Assembly: GCA_044225365.1 (NCBI GenBank)
Contig: JBGAIQ010000010.1
Location: 1-64,000, forward strand
DNA length: 64,000 nucleotides
Source of the DNA: Planctomycetota bacterium
GTDB lineage: Bacteria > Planctomycetota > B15-G4 > JADJEK01
Reading direction: 5' to 3'
Shown: piece by piece, positions 23,859-34,018 of the stretch
Numbering within the stretch: position 1 is the first letter of the stretch
Layout of the letters: each line of letters starts with the position of its first letter
The notes under the pieces: generated by a model
The model's input: only the letters and a program-made list of their open reading frames with translations
Database searches by the model: none
Told to the model about the DNA's origin: nothing
Translations under genes and position numbers: made by a program

Positions 23859-24758
23859 TCAACCTTTGAGCGCTTCGGCGCCACCGACGATTTCCAAGAG
23901 TTCCTTCGTGATCGTCTCCTGGCGCGCGCGGTTGTACTGGCGCGTCAGGCTGCCGATCATGTCCTTCGCGGCGTCCGTCGCCGCCTTCATCGCCATGCGT
24001 CGCATGGCGAATTCCGACGCCAGCGCTTCGAGCACGGCGCCGTAGACCTGCACCTCGAGATACTTCGGGAGCAGGCGGGAGAAGATGTCCTCGGGCGACG
24101 GTTCGAGGATCGGATCCCCACCACTCGTCTTGCCCGACTTCGCATCGGCCGCCGGTGCGAGCTTCTTCGGGTCGATCGGCAGGAGCTGGATCGCGTCCGG
24201 CTTCTGCTGCGCGGCCGAGAGGAAGCGTGTGGAGATCAGATGCACTTCGCTGAGTTCGCCCGCGACGAAGCGTCGCGCGACGCCGCGAATGATGTCGCGC
24301 ACGCGCGTGAACGGGATCTTCTCGAGGCCGTCGTCGTAGCCCTCGGTCAGCTTCGGCTCATTGCGCGAGAAGAACGACTTGCCGCGCGAACCGAGGACGT
24401 ACACGTTGATCTTCTGTCCGGGACGAGCCTTCGCGAATGCCTGCACCGCGCGGAACAGATTGCTGTTGTAGGCGCCGCACAGACCCTTGTCCGCGCTGAT
24501 CGCGACGACGCCGATCGCGCTCTTGCCGGCGTTCTTCGGATCCGCCTTCTTGAGCAGCGGGAACTCCTCCGGCGAGACCTTGTCGGCGAGACGCGCCACG
24601 ACGGCGGAGAGCGACTGGCGGTACGGCTTGCTGCCTTCCGCGCGCTCCTGCAGTCGCTTCAGCTTGGTCGACGCGACCATCTCCATCGCGCGCGTGATCT
24701 GCGCGATGTTCTTCACGCCGCGGATGCGGCGTCTCAGCTCACGAATGCCCTTGGCCAT
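23859..24758 (-). CDS. atpG: F1Fo ATP synthase gamma subunit
   Basis: ITRAMEMVA, ADKGLCGAYN, YNRARQETITKELLEIVGGA. Confidence 0.98.
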   Translation of the reverse strand: MAKGIRELRRRIRGVKNIAQITRAMEMVASTKLKRLQERAEGSKPYRQSLSAVVARLADKVSPEEFPLLKKADPKNAGKSAIGVVAISADKGLCGAYNSNLFRAVQAFAKARPGQKINVYVLGSRGKSFFSRNEPKLTEGYDDGLEKIPFTRVRDIIRGVARRFVAGELSEVHLISTRFLSAAQQKPDAIQLLPIDPKKLAPAADAKSGKTSGGDPILEPSPEDIFSRLLPKYLEVQVYGAVLEALASEFAMRRMAMKAATDAAKDMIGSLTRQYNRARQETITKELLEIVGGAEALKG

Positions 24759-24826
24759 ATTGCGTCGTCCGTTGTCGTTCTAAGGAGACCCTGCGAACGC
24801 ACTATCATTCAATGGGCGATGAGCGA

Positions 24827-26380
24827 TCAGCCCGCCGCCAGGAACTGCGCCTTGAACGCCTTGCTGGCCTCGAGCGCCTTGGCCTGATCCTCGTCCGAGA
24901 AGTTCTTCGAGGAGCGGATCGAGGCGAGCAGCGCCGCGTGCTTCTCGCGCAGGAAGCGGAGGTAGCCCTCTTCGAACGCGCGAACCTTCTGGACCGGGAC
25001 TTCGTCGATCGAGCCGGACGTACCGGCGAAGATCACGAGGACCTGTTCCTCGAACGGCAGCGGCTGGTACTGGCCCTGCTTCAGGAGTTCGACGAGGCGC
25101 GCGCCGCGGTTCAACTGCTGCTGCGTCGCCGCATCGAGATCGGAGCCGAACTGCGCGAACGCCTGCAGTTCGCGGAACTGCGCGAGGTCGAGACGGAGCG
25201 TGCCGGCGACCTTCTTGTTCTTCATCGCCTTCGTCTGCGCCGAACCACCGACGCGCGACACCGAGAGACCGACGTTGATCGCGGGCCGCACGCCGGCGTT
25301 GAACAGATCGGACTCGAGGTAGATCTGGCCGTCCGTGATCGAGATCACGTTGGTCGGGATGTACGCGGAGACGTCGCCTTCCTGCGTCTCGACGATCGGG
25401 AGCGCCGTCATCGATCCGCCGCCCTTCTTGTAGAGCTTCGGATTCAGCTCGTGCGCGTTGTCGGCGAGCTTCGCCGCGCGCTCGAGGAGGCGGCTGTGGA
25501 GGTTGAAGATGTCGCCCGGGAACGCCTCGCGTCCGGGAGGACGACGGAGGAGCAGCGAGACCTGGCGCCAAGCGAGCGCGTGCTTGTAGAGGTCGTCGTA
25601 GATGATGAGGACGTGCTTGCCGTTGTCGCGGAACTCCTCGCCGATCGCGGCGCCGGCGAACGGCGCGATGAACTGCATCGACGCCTGATCGGACGCGGCG
25701 GCCGTCACGATGATCGAGTACTCCATCGCGCCGGCCTTCTCGAGCGCCTGCGTGACGGACTTCACCGTCGACTGCTTCTGGGCGATCGCGACGTAGATAC
25801 AGATCACGTCACCGCCCTTCTGATTGATGATCGTGTCGACCGCGATCGCCGTCTTGCCGGTCTGGCGGTCGCCGATGATGAGCTCGCGCTGGCCGCGGCC
25901 GATCGGGATCATGCCATCGACGGCCTTGAGGCCGGTCTGGAGCGGCTCGTTGACGCCCTTGCGCTCGATGACGGAGGGCGCGGGACCTTCGATCGGGCGA
26001 TAACGATCCGACTTGATCGGGCCCTTGCCGTCGAGCGGCTGGCCGAGCGCGTTGATCACGCGACCGATGAGGCCGTCGCCGACCGGGACGGAGATGAGGC
26101 GGCCCGTCGTCTTGACGGGATCGCCTTCCTTCACGAGCTGGTCGGATCCGAAGAGGATCGCGCCGACGTTGTCCTGCTCGAGGTTCAGCGCCATCCCGAA
26201 CACGTTGTTCGGGAACTCGAGGATCTCCGACACCATGCACTGCTCGATGCCGTGGACGCGCGCGACGCCGTCACCGACCTGGAGCACCGTGCCGACGCCC
26301 TCGGCCTTGACGGACGAGCGATAGTTCGCGAGCTCGCGCTCGATGATCGACGATACTTCGGACGGACGCAGATCCATCAT
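24827..26380 (-). CDS. atpA: F1Fo ATP synthase alpha subunit
   Basis: [33 protein letters not shown]. Confidence 0.98.
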   Translation of the reverse strand: MMDLRPSEVSSIIERELANYRSSVKAEGVGTVLQVGDGVARVHGIEQCMVSEILEFPNNVFGMALNLEQDNVGAILFGSDQLVKEGDPVKTTGRLISVPVGDGLIGRVINALGQPLDGKGPIKSDRYRPIEGPAPSVIERKGVNEPLQTGLKAVDGMIPIGRGQRELIIGDRQTGKTAIAVDTIINQKGGDVICIYVAIAQKQSTVKSVTQALEKAGAMEYSIIVTAAASDQASMQFIAPFAGAAIGEEFRDNGKHVLIIYDDLYKHALAWRQVSLLLRRPPGREAFPGDIFNLHSRLLERAAKLADNAHELNPKLYKKGGGSMTALPIVETQEGDVSAYIPTNVISITDGQIYLESDLFNAGVRPAINVGLSVSRVGGSAQTKAMKNKKVAGTLRLDLAQFRELQAFAQFGSDLDAATQQQLNRGARLVELLKQGQYQPLPFEEQVLVIFAGTSGSIDEVPVQKVRAFEEGYLRFLREKHAALLASIRSSKNFSDEDQAKALEASKAFKAQFLAAG

Positions 26381-26442
26381 TCACTCCATTCGTAGGGGCC
26401 GACGACTGTCTGCCCTTTCGTGATCCAAACCAACGAGCCGAA

Positions 26443-26985
26443 TTACGGAGCGGCCGTGAGGTGGTGCTCGATGTCGTCGAGCTGCCGCCGCACGGAACCA
26501 TCCCACATCGTCGAACCGATGAAGATGCGGATGCCGCCGACGAGCGCGGCATCGATCTCCTCGTGGAGCTCGACGGTCTTCCCCGTCGCCTCCTCGAGCT
26601 TGGCCTTCACGGCCTCACGCGTCGACTCCGCGAGCGGAGCGACGCTCTGCACCCTGGCCACGAGCACGTTGCGCGCCTCGCGATCGAGCCGGCGGAACTC
26701 CTCGCCCGCCTCCAGGATCGTCTCGGCGCGCCCGCGATCGAGGCAGAGCGCGATGAAGTCACGAAGCACGGCGGGTGCTTGGTCGAGTCCGATCGAGTCG
26801 AGGATCTTGCGCTTGCCGGCCGCGTCGACACGCGGATTGCGCAGCGTCGCCACGAGCTCCGCACTCGTACTCAGCACCTGGTCGAGCGCGTTCAGATGCG
26901 ACAGGACCGAAGCGGCCTCGCCGGACTTGCCGGACGCCGCGAACAGGGCCTTCACGTAGCGCATCGAAACCGCGGAAACGGCCAT
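26443..26985 (-). CDS. atpH: F1Fo ATP synthase delta subunit
   Basis: RYVKALF, IDAALVGGIRIFIGSTMWDGSV; operon position. Confidence 0.93.
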   Translation of the reverse strand: MAVSAVSMRYVKALFAASGKSGEAASVLSHLNALDQVLSTSAELVATLRNPRVDAAGKRKILDSIGLDQAPAVLRDFIALCLDRGRAETILEAGEEFRRLDREARNVLVARVQSVAPLAESTREAVKAKLEEATGKTVELHEEIDAALVGGIRIFIGSTMWDGSVRRQLDDIEHHLTAAP

Positions 26986-26987
26986 CG

Positions 26988-27533
26988 TCAGGCTCCCTTG
27001 CCGCCGAGCGAGGACAAGACCTCGTTCGCGAGACGCTGGTGATCCTGATCATCGATCTTGCGCAGCAGCACCTTCTCCGCGATCTGCTTCGAAAGCCGCA
27101 CGGCCTCGCCACGGATCTCGGCGAGAGCCCGCTGCTTCGCGACGTCGATCTCACGGCGCGCACGCTCGCGCTCGCGCTCCGCTTCGACTCGCGCCGCGTC
27201 GAGGATCTCGGCGGACTGCCGCTCGGCCGCCGCCCGGCCCTCTTCGATGCGCGCCGCCACCTGACGCTCCGCGTCGACGAGCTTCTGCTTGTGCTCGGCG
27301 ACCATTCGTTCCGCATCTCGCTTCGCATCCTCCGCGCCCTTGACTGCGTCGGAGATCCGCTTCTCGCGCTGTTCGAGCGAGTCGAGGATCGGGTTCCACG
27401 CGAACTTCATCAAGAAGAACAGGAGGATGAGGAAGAGGATCAGCGTGAGCATGAACGCCCCTGGATCGAAGTCCAGGGGGTTGAAGCTCCCGCCGGAGGC
27501 GAGCAGGGCCACGGCCCTATCGGGGCTCAGCAT
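26988..27533 (-). CDS. atpF: F1Fo ATP synthase subunit b
   Basis: Single TM, FAWNPILDSLEQREKRI, then coiled coil. Confidence 0.93.
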   Translation of the reverse strand: MLSPDRAVALLASGGSFNPLDFDPGAFMLTLILFLILLFFLMKFAWNPILDSLEQREKRISDAVKGAEDAKRDAERMVAEHKQKLVDAERQVAARIEEGRAAAERQSAEILDAARVEAERERERARREIDVAKQRALAEIRGEAVRLSKQIAEKVLLRKIDDQDHQRLANEVLSSLGGKGA

Positions 27534-27618
27534 CGAGGTCTCTCCACGAAAAGCAGGAACGCGGGCGGAGCATCCGCCGCAAGGTCACGAAGCGAAGGGA
27601 AACAGCGCGTGGAGGCGA

Positions 27619-27840
27619 TTACTTGACGAACTTGAGGAGCAGGCAGAGAACGATGGCGAACAGCGTCGCGCCTTCGATCATGCCGGCCGCGATGAGCATG
27701 TTGGTACGGATGAGGCCCGCCGCTTCCGGCTGGCGCGCCGTGCCCTCGCAGGCGGAAGCCGCGAGGCGACCGATACCGAGGCCACCACCGATGACCGCGA
27801 GACCCGCACCGATACCGGCACCGAGAGGAATGAGATCCAT
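27619..27840 (-). CDS. atpE: F1Fo ATP synthase subunit c (H+-type signature)
   Basis: AAGGAG RBS; GxGxGxG motif, ARQPE loop, catalytic Glu in MIEGA; lacks the Na+-type Q..ES/T ligands. Confidence 0.96.
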   Translation of the reverse strand: MDLIPLGAGIGAGLAVIGGGLGIGRLAASACEGTARQPEAAGLIRTNMLIAAGMIEGATLFAIVLCLLLKFVK

Positions 27841-27924
27841 AGCAGACTCCTTTTGCATCTCACGGGCCGTTGTCCGGCCCGCCACGAACTCGAAATTGGA
27901 ACCGATCGCGCCTGTCGTCTCGCC

Positions 27925-28752
27925 TCAGTGCTCCGGATGGAGCGAGCCCTGGACGAAGAGGATCGACAGGAACGTGAAGATGAACGCTTGCAGGAACGCC
28001 ACCAGGAGCTCGAGCAGTGCGACGAAGACCACCATCGGGTAGACCGCGCCGAACACGAACCAGCTCTGGAAGACGTAGATCAGGCCGTACATGGAGAGCA
28101 GCACGAGGTGCCCGCCCGTCATGTTGGCGAAGAGACGAATGACGAGCGCGAACGGCTTGATGAAGAAGCCGAGCAACTCGACGATGAACATCAGCGGCCA
28201 CATCGCGCCGGGGACGCCGTGCGGCACGAGCGCCGTCCACATGCCGATCCCGCCCGACGCCTTGATGCCGCAGGCGAGCATCACCATGAAGGTCGTGGTC
28301 GCAAGGGCTGCGGCGCAGTTGAGGCTCGCCGTCGCCGTGCCGCCGAATCCCGGCAGGGGCAGGAGGCCGAGCAGGTTGACCGTCCAGATGAAGAAGAACT
28401 GCGTGAGGAAGAGCGGCGCGAACTTCTTGCCGTGCTCCTTCCCCATCGTGTCGTAGATCAGTTCGTCGCGAATGAAGACGACGAGCGATTCGAAGACGTT
28501 GACGAACGCGCCGCGCGGAGCCGCACCCCCGCGAATCGCCGAAGCGACTGCGGTGTAGATCAGGCTGATGAGGATGCCAGCGATCACGATGAGGAGCGTG
28601 TGATTCGTGATCGGGATCGGACCGATGTGGAAGAACGTCTTCGGCATCAAGTGGCCGAAGAGCTCGCCGAAGATCTCGCTCGGCGTCAATTCGCCGGCGT
28701 GATGGGCGCCCTCCGCCGCTTCAACCGATTCGGACCATGCGAGTGCGATCAC
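27925..28752 (-). CDS. atpB: F1Fo ATP synthase subunit a
   Basis: KPFALVIRLFANMTGGH, LELLVAFLQAFIF; GTG at 28752 with GGAG RBS. Confidence 0.95.
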   Translation of the reverse strand: MIALAWSESVEAAEGAHHAGELTPSEIFGELFGHLMPKTFFHIGPIPITNHTLLIVIAGILISLIYTAVASAIRGGAAPRGAFVNVFESLVVFIRDELIYDTMGKEHGKKFAPLFLTQFFFIWTVNLLGLLPLPGFGGTATASLNCAAALATTTFMVMLACGIKASGGIGMWTALVPHGVPGAMWPLMFIVELLGFFIKPFALVIRLFANMTGGHLVLLSMYGLIYVFQSWFVFGAVYPMVVFVALLELLVAFLQAFIFTFLSILFVQGSLHPEH

Positions 28753-28789
28753 CGCATCTCTCCAAAACGAACTTCGACCAAGAACCACG

Positions 28790-29218
28790 TCACGAGCCGA
28801 CCTTCGCCGACCGGATCAACTGCACGTCGACGAAGATCTCGAGGGCCACGTAGGCCGCCACGAAACCCCCGACGAACGGGAAGGGCGCGATCGCCCGCGA
28901 AGCCAGGACCACGAACACGACTCCGACACCCCCGACGAGGCGAACCATCGCCGAGAGCCCGGCCGCGCCCGCGAGCGAGCGCGCCGCTTCGTCACCGCCG
29001 GCCGAGCCGTTCGCGACGGCTCGCGCCACTCGGCGCACCGAAGCCTCGAACGCCGCCAGGACCACGAGCTGGATCGCACTGGCCGATCCCGCCCCGAGCG
29101 CCGCAGCGAGCGACGCCTCGCGGCCACCCTGTCGCTGACTCACCACGACCGCGAGGATCGTGATCGCCACTGCGACGAGACTGCCCCGCAGGAGCGCGCT
29201 GCGATCACTTCGAGTCAT
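28790..29218 (-). CDS. AtpI-like membrane protein
   Basis: Four hydrophobic segments, immediately upstream of atpB. Confidence 0.6.
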   Translation of the reverse strand: MTRSDRSALLRGSLVAVAITILAVVVSQRQGGREASLAAALGAGSASAIQLVVLAAFEASVRRVARAVANGSAGGDEAARSLAGAAGLSAMVRLVGGVGVVFVVLASRAIAPFPFVGGFVAAYVALEIFVDVQLIRSAKVGS

Positions 29219-29609
29219 CACGTTGCCGATCCGACCCCCGGTCGACCGGGTCGACCGGTTCGACCGGGTCGATCGCGTCCTCGACTCCGGGACGACTCGC
29301 TGCCTCGTTCGACCCCGATCCAGGCGCTTCCGGAGTCTCCGGAGACCTGGACCGCGGCGAGGTCCGCTCGCCGGCGGACAGGCCGCGAACGAGTGCGTAC
29401 ATCCCTGTGCCGAATCCGACGATCGTCCCGACCACGGCGAACAGCGGAACGCCCGCAAGACTCGCACCCCATGTCTTCGCTGCGATCCAGCGATCGAGGT
29501 AGAGCCCGCCGAAGAAACCGGCGGCGACCGCGATCACGAGTCGCAACCCGAGATCCGAGATGCGCAGCGCTTCCGCCAGGGCGGATCGCGGCCGGTTCTC
29601 CGGGATCAC
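29205..29609 (-). CDS. AtpZ/AtpI family protein (first gene of the atp operon)
   Basis: LGLRLVIAVAAGFFGGLYLDRW...VGTIVGFGTGMY pattern. Confidence 0.8.
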   Translation of the reverse strand: MIPENRPRSALAEALRISDLGLRLVIAVAAGFFGGLYLDRWIAAKTWGASLAGVPLFAVVGTIVGFGTGMYALVRGLSAGERTSPRSRSPETPEAPGSGSNEAASRPGVEDAIDPVEPVDPVDRGSDRQRDDSK

Positions 29610-29765
29610 GGTTCCAACATGTCGTTCGAGCCTCGGCGTCGTGCTGTCGTCCGCTCGCCGCCGTCATCCGAGTGTCTCGCGGGATCCGCGTTTCCCCCGT
29701 GATCCGGATGGATCCAAGAGGTCTCTCGGCTCTCGCGTTCGTCCGCTCGGGCGACGAAAAGCGGG

Positions 29766-29793
29766 AATATAACAGGCCGCGTTCTGGGTGCAA
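29766..29793 (-). promoter_or_regulatory. Sigma70-type promoter of the atp operon
   Basis: Minus strand TTGCAC-N16-TATATT with extended TGn, in a locally AT-richer intergenic region. Confidence 0.55.
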
Positions 29794-29943
29794 CGCGGAC
29801 AGCTTGCCTCTCCGGAAGAAACTCGCGGCTGCGACGATGCGCCGCATCACCCTCCGAGGTGATGGATCCGAAACCTGCAATCGGCTTGGGGTTCGTTAAA
29901 GTTCCTTGGAACCAACCTCCCCTTCTCGCTTATCAAGGCCGCC

Positions 29944-30528
29944 ATGGTGGATCTTCCGAACGACACGGTCGCGCGCGCCCGGCAGGGCGATGCCGCCGCG
30001 TTCCTCGAGATCCTCAAGGCCTTCGAACGGCCGGTATTCCAAACGGTGTATCGGTTGGTCGGCGGGCGGTTTCCGAACGACGTCGAGGACATCGCGCAGG
30101 AGATCTTCCTCAAGATCTTCCGCGCCCTCGAACGATTCGAACCCGATCGCGGCGTGAAGTTCTCCACCTGGGTGTACACCTTCGTCAAGAACCACTGCTT
30201 CGATGTGTTGAAGAAGAAGCGCGTGGCGACGGTGTCGCTCGCGCGGCGGACGGATGCGAGCGATTCGAACGCGGGCCAGATCGATCCCGCCGGGGCCTCC
30301 CCGTCGCCGGTCGACGAGACGCTCGGTGGTGAGCTCGCGAAACACGTGGCGAAGGCGCTCGATGATTTGCCGGAGGATCAGCGTCTCACTTTCATCCTTC
30401 GGGAGTATCAAGGCCTCGAGTATCACGAGATCGCAGCGATCTCGGATTGCTCCGAGGGCACGGTGAAGTCGCGGCTGCATCGCGGCAAGGAAGCACTGCG
30501 ACACGCGCTGCGAAGGTACGTTCGATGA
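29944..30528 (+). CDS. ECF sigma-70 factor
   Basis: Region 2 (EDIAQEIFLKIF, FSTWVY) and region 4 (LEYHEIAAISDCSEGTVKSRLHRG). Confidence 0.95.
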   Translation: MVDLPNDTVARARQGDAAAFLEILKAFERPVFQTVYRLVGGRFPNDVEDIAQEIFLKIFRALERFEPDRGVKFSTWVYTFVKNHCFDVLKKKRVATVSLARRTDASDSNAGQIDPAGASPSPVDETLGGELAKHVAKALDDLPEDQRLTFILREYQGLEYHEIAAISDCSEGTVKSRLHRGKEALRHALRRYVR

Positions 30529-31469
30529 CGGAGTCGGCACATCACGGTGATCGCGACGATACGTCGCCCGATCGCGCGGAGCGCGGAATCGACTGCGCGA
30601 CGCACCTCGATCGCCTCACGTCCGAGCTCGCGGGGGAACTCGATCCTGCAGCCACCGCGGCGCAGATCTCTCACCGCGTCTGGTGCGAGGCCTGCTCGCT
30701 CGAGCGACACGATGCGGTGGCCGTGGACGAGCTGACGTCGCGGTTCGCCGCTCCCCTTCCTCCTTCCGGCTTCGCCGCGCGAGCCCTCGCGCGACATCTC
30801 GGTTCGGAAGGTAAGGACGCAAACACCGTCGATTGCCGCGAATTCCGATCGGAACTCGAAGCCTTCCGCGCCGGTGATGTCGCCGTCGACCGGACGCGAT
30901 CGCTCGCACTCCATGTCGAATACTGCACGAGCTGCGCGGCCGAGCTGCGCCTTTCGGGCACGATCGAGTCCGCCGTTCGCGGGATCGAAGCCCCGCTGCC
31001 GCCCGCCGGGTTCGCCGCCGCGATCCTCCGACGGATGACCTCTCCTCGAGAAAGGCTCGCTCCCGTTCAGAGCTTCCCGCTGCGCGCGCTGCCGCCCGCA
31101 GTCCTGCTCTGCGCGGCCGCCGCGTTCCTGATCGTCGCACTTCACACGTGGCAAGATGCGTCGCTCGACTCTCCCTCGCTGCAGTCGAACGACCCGCGCA
31201 GCGATCTCACCGCGACGAACCTCGAGAACGGCGATGCACCGCAGCGCTGGGATCACGCCATCGAGCAACTCTCCCTCCAACGCGAGCGCCTCATTCGCTC
31301 CGCGCGGCTCGAAGCCGTCCCGGCCTCCATCGGTGCGTTCGCCGCGCCCTCACAGCGCAGCACGCCGTCATCGCGCTACGGCGGAAACGTGTGGCATCGG
31401 GCGTTGCGCCGCGCCGTCCTCGAAACCGAGTCGCCGCAGGATTCGGCGCCCGGGCCAAAGGGGCACTGA
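30525..31469 (+). CDS. Transmembrane anti-sigma factor with two zf-HC2 (ZAS) domains
   Basis: ATGA overlap with the sigma gene; HRVWCEAC and HVEYCTSC motifs; TM (AVLLCAAAAFLIVAL). Confidence 0.82.
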   Translation: MTESAHHGDRDDTSPDRAERGIDCATHLDRLTSELAGELDPAATAAQISHRVWCEACSLERHDAVAVDELTSRFAAPLPPSGFAARALARHLGSEGKDANTVDCREFRSELEAFRAGDVAVDRTRSLALHVEYCTSCAAELRLSGTIESAVRGIEAPLPPAGFAAAILRRMTSPRERLAPVQSFPLRALPPAVLLCAAAAFLIVALHTWQDASLDSPSLQSNDPRSDLTATNLENGDAPQRWDHAIEQLSLQRERLIRSARLEAVPASIGAFAAPSQRSTPSSRYGGNVWHRALRRAVLETESPQDSAPGPKGH

Positions 31470-31472
31470 CGC

Positions 31473-32963
31473 ATGCCCCGGACCTCGCGAAGCACCTCGA
31501 CCACCGTTGCGCTCGTGCTGCTCGTGGCCAGCGTAGCGCCGGTCTTGCACGGCGAGCCGCCTTCCGTGATCGCCGCCAAGTCGGTGCTCCTGGACTACGA
31601 CCGCGCTTTCGCGGCGCAGGATCACGCAGCGATCGTGGCGACGATCTCGCCGAACTTCGGATGTGAACTCTACGGCGGACTGTCGGCGAGCGAACTCTCG
31701 CGGTCGCTCGAGTTCATGTTCGAAGAACTGAAGGACACGCGCTGCGCGACCTCGATCCTGCGCATCGAAGAAGCCGACGAGTCGTCCGGCCTCGTCCAGG
31801 CCTACGTCTCGCGCGAGTATCGCCAAAAGAATGGATCCGCGACGAGCGAGCCGATCGAGACGCAGAATCTCGTGCTGTACCTGAAGCCGGAGGCGGGCAG
31901 CGAGAAGAACTCCGACCGAGCGACCCAGATCATTGCTCTCGAGGAGTTCGATCCGGCTTGTCTTGCCTGCATCGAGTCGAGCGGCGCGAAGCGGTTCGTC
32001 GACAAGGCCGCCGGACTCTCGTTCTCGATCCCGAGCGACCTGCTCGTCGTCGCCGGCCCGCGGTTCTCGAGTGTCGCACGTCTCCTGCTGCGCACTCCCG
32101 ATCTGAAGGGCGAGATCCGCATCGTCCTCGATCTCCTGCCCACGCCCTACGAACTCGAACCCGCACTCGATTTCGATCTACGGGAGTGGACCTCGATGAA
32201 CACGTACTCCGACGTTCGCGTGCGCCGCACGTGCAAGGTCGCGGACCATCCCGCGATCCGAGCGGAGGCCACCTATCGCGGAGCCGCGTGCCAGCTCCAA
32301 CCCAACTCCGAGAAGAAGCTCGCGCGCGACGTGGTGCGCGTCTACGCGCAGCTCGACTCCGATGTCCTGTTCGCCGCCTATCTCGACTGCGATGCGCACA
32401 TCGCCGAACGCATCATCCCGAAGCTCGACACGATCCTCGACTCCCTGCGACTCGAGAATTCGGCCGCGTTCGGCCTCGGCCTCAAGAAGCGGCTCGGGTA
32501 CGGAGTGATCGAGAACGGACGGTTCTTCGACCCGCGCACGGGGTTTTCTCTGCGCGTTCCCCCGGGCTACACGCTCGATCGCTCCCCGAGTGCGAATTGC
32601 TTCTGCCTCACCGCGCGCGCGCCCGCGACGACCGCGAGCGGCATCGCGGTCCGCATCGAGGGAATCGAACCCCTCGAGCCGGAGCACGGTCCGAGCGAAC
32701 TTGCCGAGTTCGATGACGAGGCCTTTCGCGTCCAGGTGAGCAACCTCGCCGGTCGCGAGGCGCGCATCGCGCACGAGCGGGCCACGATCGGGAAACTGAG
32801 TGGCGTCCGCGTCGATCGCGGATCCGGTTCCGCCTCCGATCCGATCCACGTGGCGTTCTACGTGAAGCAGGATCGCTACCTGATCGTGTTCGACGTCACC
32901 GCGAAGGACACGATCACGGCCCGTACCGCGCTCGAAGCGGTGGTCTGCAGCTCGAAGTTCTGA
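31473..32963 (+). CDS. Exported hypothetical protein (NTF2-like N-domain plus PsbP-like repeats, tentative)
   Basis: Signal peptide; YDRAFAAQDHAAIVATISPNF; two similar segments (RFVDKAAGLSFSIP / RFFDPRTGFSLRVPPGY). Confidence 0.6.
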   Translation: MPRTSRSTSTTVALVLLVASVAPVLHGEPPSVIAAKSVLLDYDRAFAAQDHAAIVATISPNFGCELYGGLSASELSRSLEFMFEELKDTRCATSILRIEEADESSGLVQAYVSREYRQKNGSATSEPIETQNLVLYLKPEAGSEKNSDRATQIIALEEFDPACLACIESSGAKRFVDKAAGLSFSIPSDLLVVAGPRFSSVARLLLRTPDLKGEIRIVLDLLPTPYELEPALDFDLREWTSMNTYSDVRVRRTCKVADHPAIRAEATYRGAACQLQPNSEKKLARDVVRVYAQLDSDVLFAAYLDCDAHIAERIIPKLDTILDSLRLENSAAFGLGLKKRLGYGVIENGRFFDPRTGFSLRVPPGYTLDRSPSANCFCLTARAPATTASGIAVRIEGIEPLEPEHGPSELAEFDDEAFRVQVSNLAGREARIAHERATIGKLSGVRVDRGSGSASDPIHVAFYVKQDRYLIVFDVTAKDTITARTALEAVVCSSKF

Positions 32964-32974
32964 GCGATTCGCGA

Positions 32975-33508
32975 CTATCCTTTTCCGGGCGCAGGTGGAG
33001 GGCTCGGAGCCGGAGCCGGAGCCGGCGGTGATTTCGCCGCCTCGATCTCCTTGCTGAGCTTGCTCGCCTCTTCGGTGAGGGCCTTCAACCGGGCTTCGAG
33101 TTCGAGCACGTGCGCCTTCGCGGGATCCGCGGCGTCGATCCTCGCCTGCGCAGCCTTTGCCTCATTGTCCACCGCAGCCGCCTTCTCCTTCAGTCCCTTC
33201 AGTTTCTCCTCGGCCGCGGCGACCTTTTTCGCGAGATCCTGGGCCTCGTTGGTGAGGACCTCTTCGCGCGACCGAAGGCTGTCGACCCGGCGCGCGAGTT
33301 CTTCGACGTGCGCCTGTTCGCGCAGGTGCTCCTGCTCGAGGTGCTGCAGCTCGGCCGTCGTGGCATCGAGCCGGCTGATCGCGGACTGCTGCTCGACGAT
33401 CGTGGCCTCGTGCTCCGATTTGCAGCCCACGAGGCCCAGAACGCAAGCGGCGACTCCGGCCGGGATCACAGCGAAGACGTGAGACACGGACTTCGTTCGG
33501 ACGCTCAT
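32975..33508 (-). CDS. Coiled-coil lipoprotein with Pro/Ala-rich tail
   Basis: Lipobox-like LGLVGC, heptad-rich body, C-terminal PPAPAPAPSPPPAP. Confidence 0.65.
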   Translation of the reverse strand: MSVRTKSVSHVFAVIPAGVAACVLGLVGCKSEHEATIVEQQSAISRLDATTAELQHLEQEHLREQAHVEELARRVDSLRSREEVLTNEAQDLAKKVAAAEEKLKGLKEKAAAVDNEAKAAQARIDAADPAKAHVLELEARLKALTEEASKLSKEIEAAKSPPAPAPAPSPPPAPGKG

Positions 33509-33514
33509 GATGCG

Positions 33515-33544
33515 TATAATCCCGTCTTTTTTCCGTTCAGGAGA
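33515..33544 (+). promoter_or_regulatory. -10 box and RBS of ndk
   Basis: Perfect TATAAT at 33515-33520 and AGGAGA at 33539-33544. Confidence 0.55.
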
Positions 33545-33550
33545 ATCACT

Positions 33551-34018
33551 GTGCAAGAGAGGACTCTCATCCTCCTCAAGCCCGATGCGGTCCAGCGCGG
33601 CCTCGTCGGCCGCATCCTGACCCGCTTCGAAGAGAAGGGTCTCAAGATCGTCGGCGTCAAGTTCCAGACGATTCCGCGTTCGACGCTCGAACAACATTAT
33701 GCCTCGCACAAGGGCAAACCGTTCTACGAAGGACTCGTCTCCTTCATGGGCAAGAGCCCGGTCCTCGTGCTCGCGCTCGAGGGCAAGAACGCGATCGCCG
33801 TGTGCCGCAAGATGATGGGCGCTACCTTCGGTTCGAAGGCGGAGTCCGGAACGATCCGCGGCGATTTCGGAATCTCCGATTCGTTCAACTTGATCCACGG
33901 CTCCGACTCCCCCGAGGCCGCGGCGAAGGAACTCGCGCTGTTCTTCAAGTCCGACGAGCTCGCGAATTACTCGCTGATCTCCGCGCCCTGGGTGTACGAC
34001 GCCGACGAACTGCGCTGA
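33551..34018 (+). CDS. ndk: Nucleoside diphosphate kinase
   Basis: ERTLILLKPDAVQRGLVG, GTIRGDF, NLIHGSDS. Confidence 0.97.
   Translation: MQERTLILLKPDAVQRGLVGRILTRFEEKGLKIVGVKFQTIPRSTLEQHYASHKGKPFYEGLVSFMGKSPVLVLALEGKNAIAVCRKMMGATFGSKAESGTIRGDFGISDSFNLIHGSDSPEAAAKELALFFKSDELANYSLISAPWVYDADELR

Noticed and set aside
29237-29272. Four 9-bp tandem repeats (CCGGGTCGA-like)
   Set aside because: In-frame low-complexity DPV/EPV tail of AtpZ; unit is a multiple of 3, so no phase variation
29870-29936. ECF autoregulatory promoter (GAAAC..CGTT or GGAACC..TCAA)
   Set aside because: Spacing is off-consensus for both candidates; too weak to call
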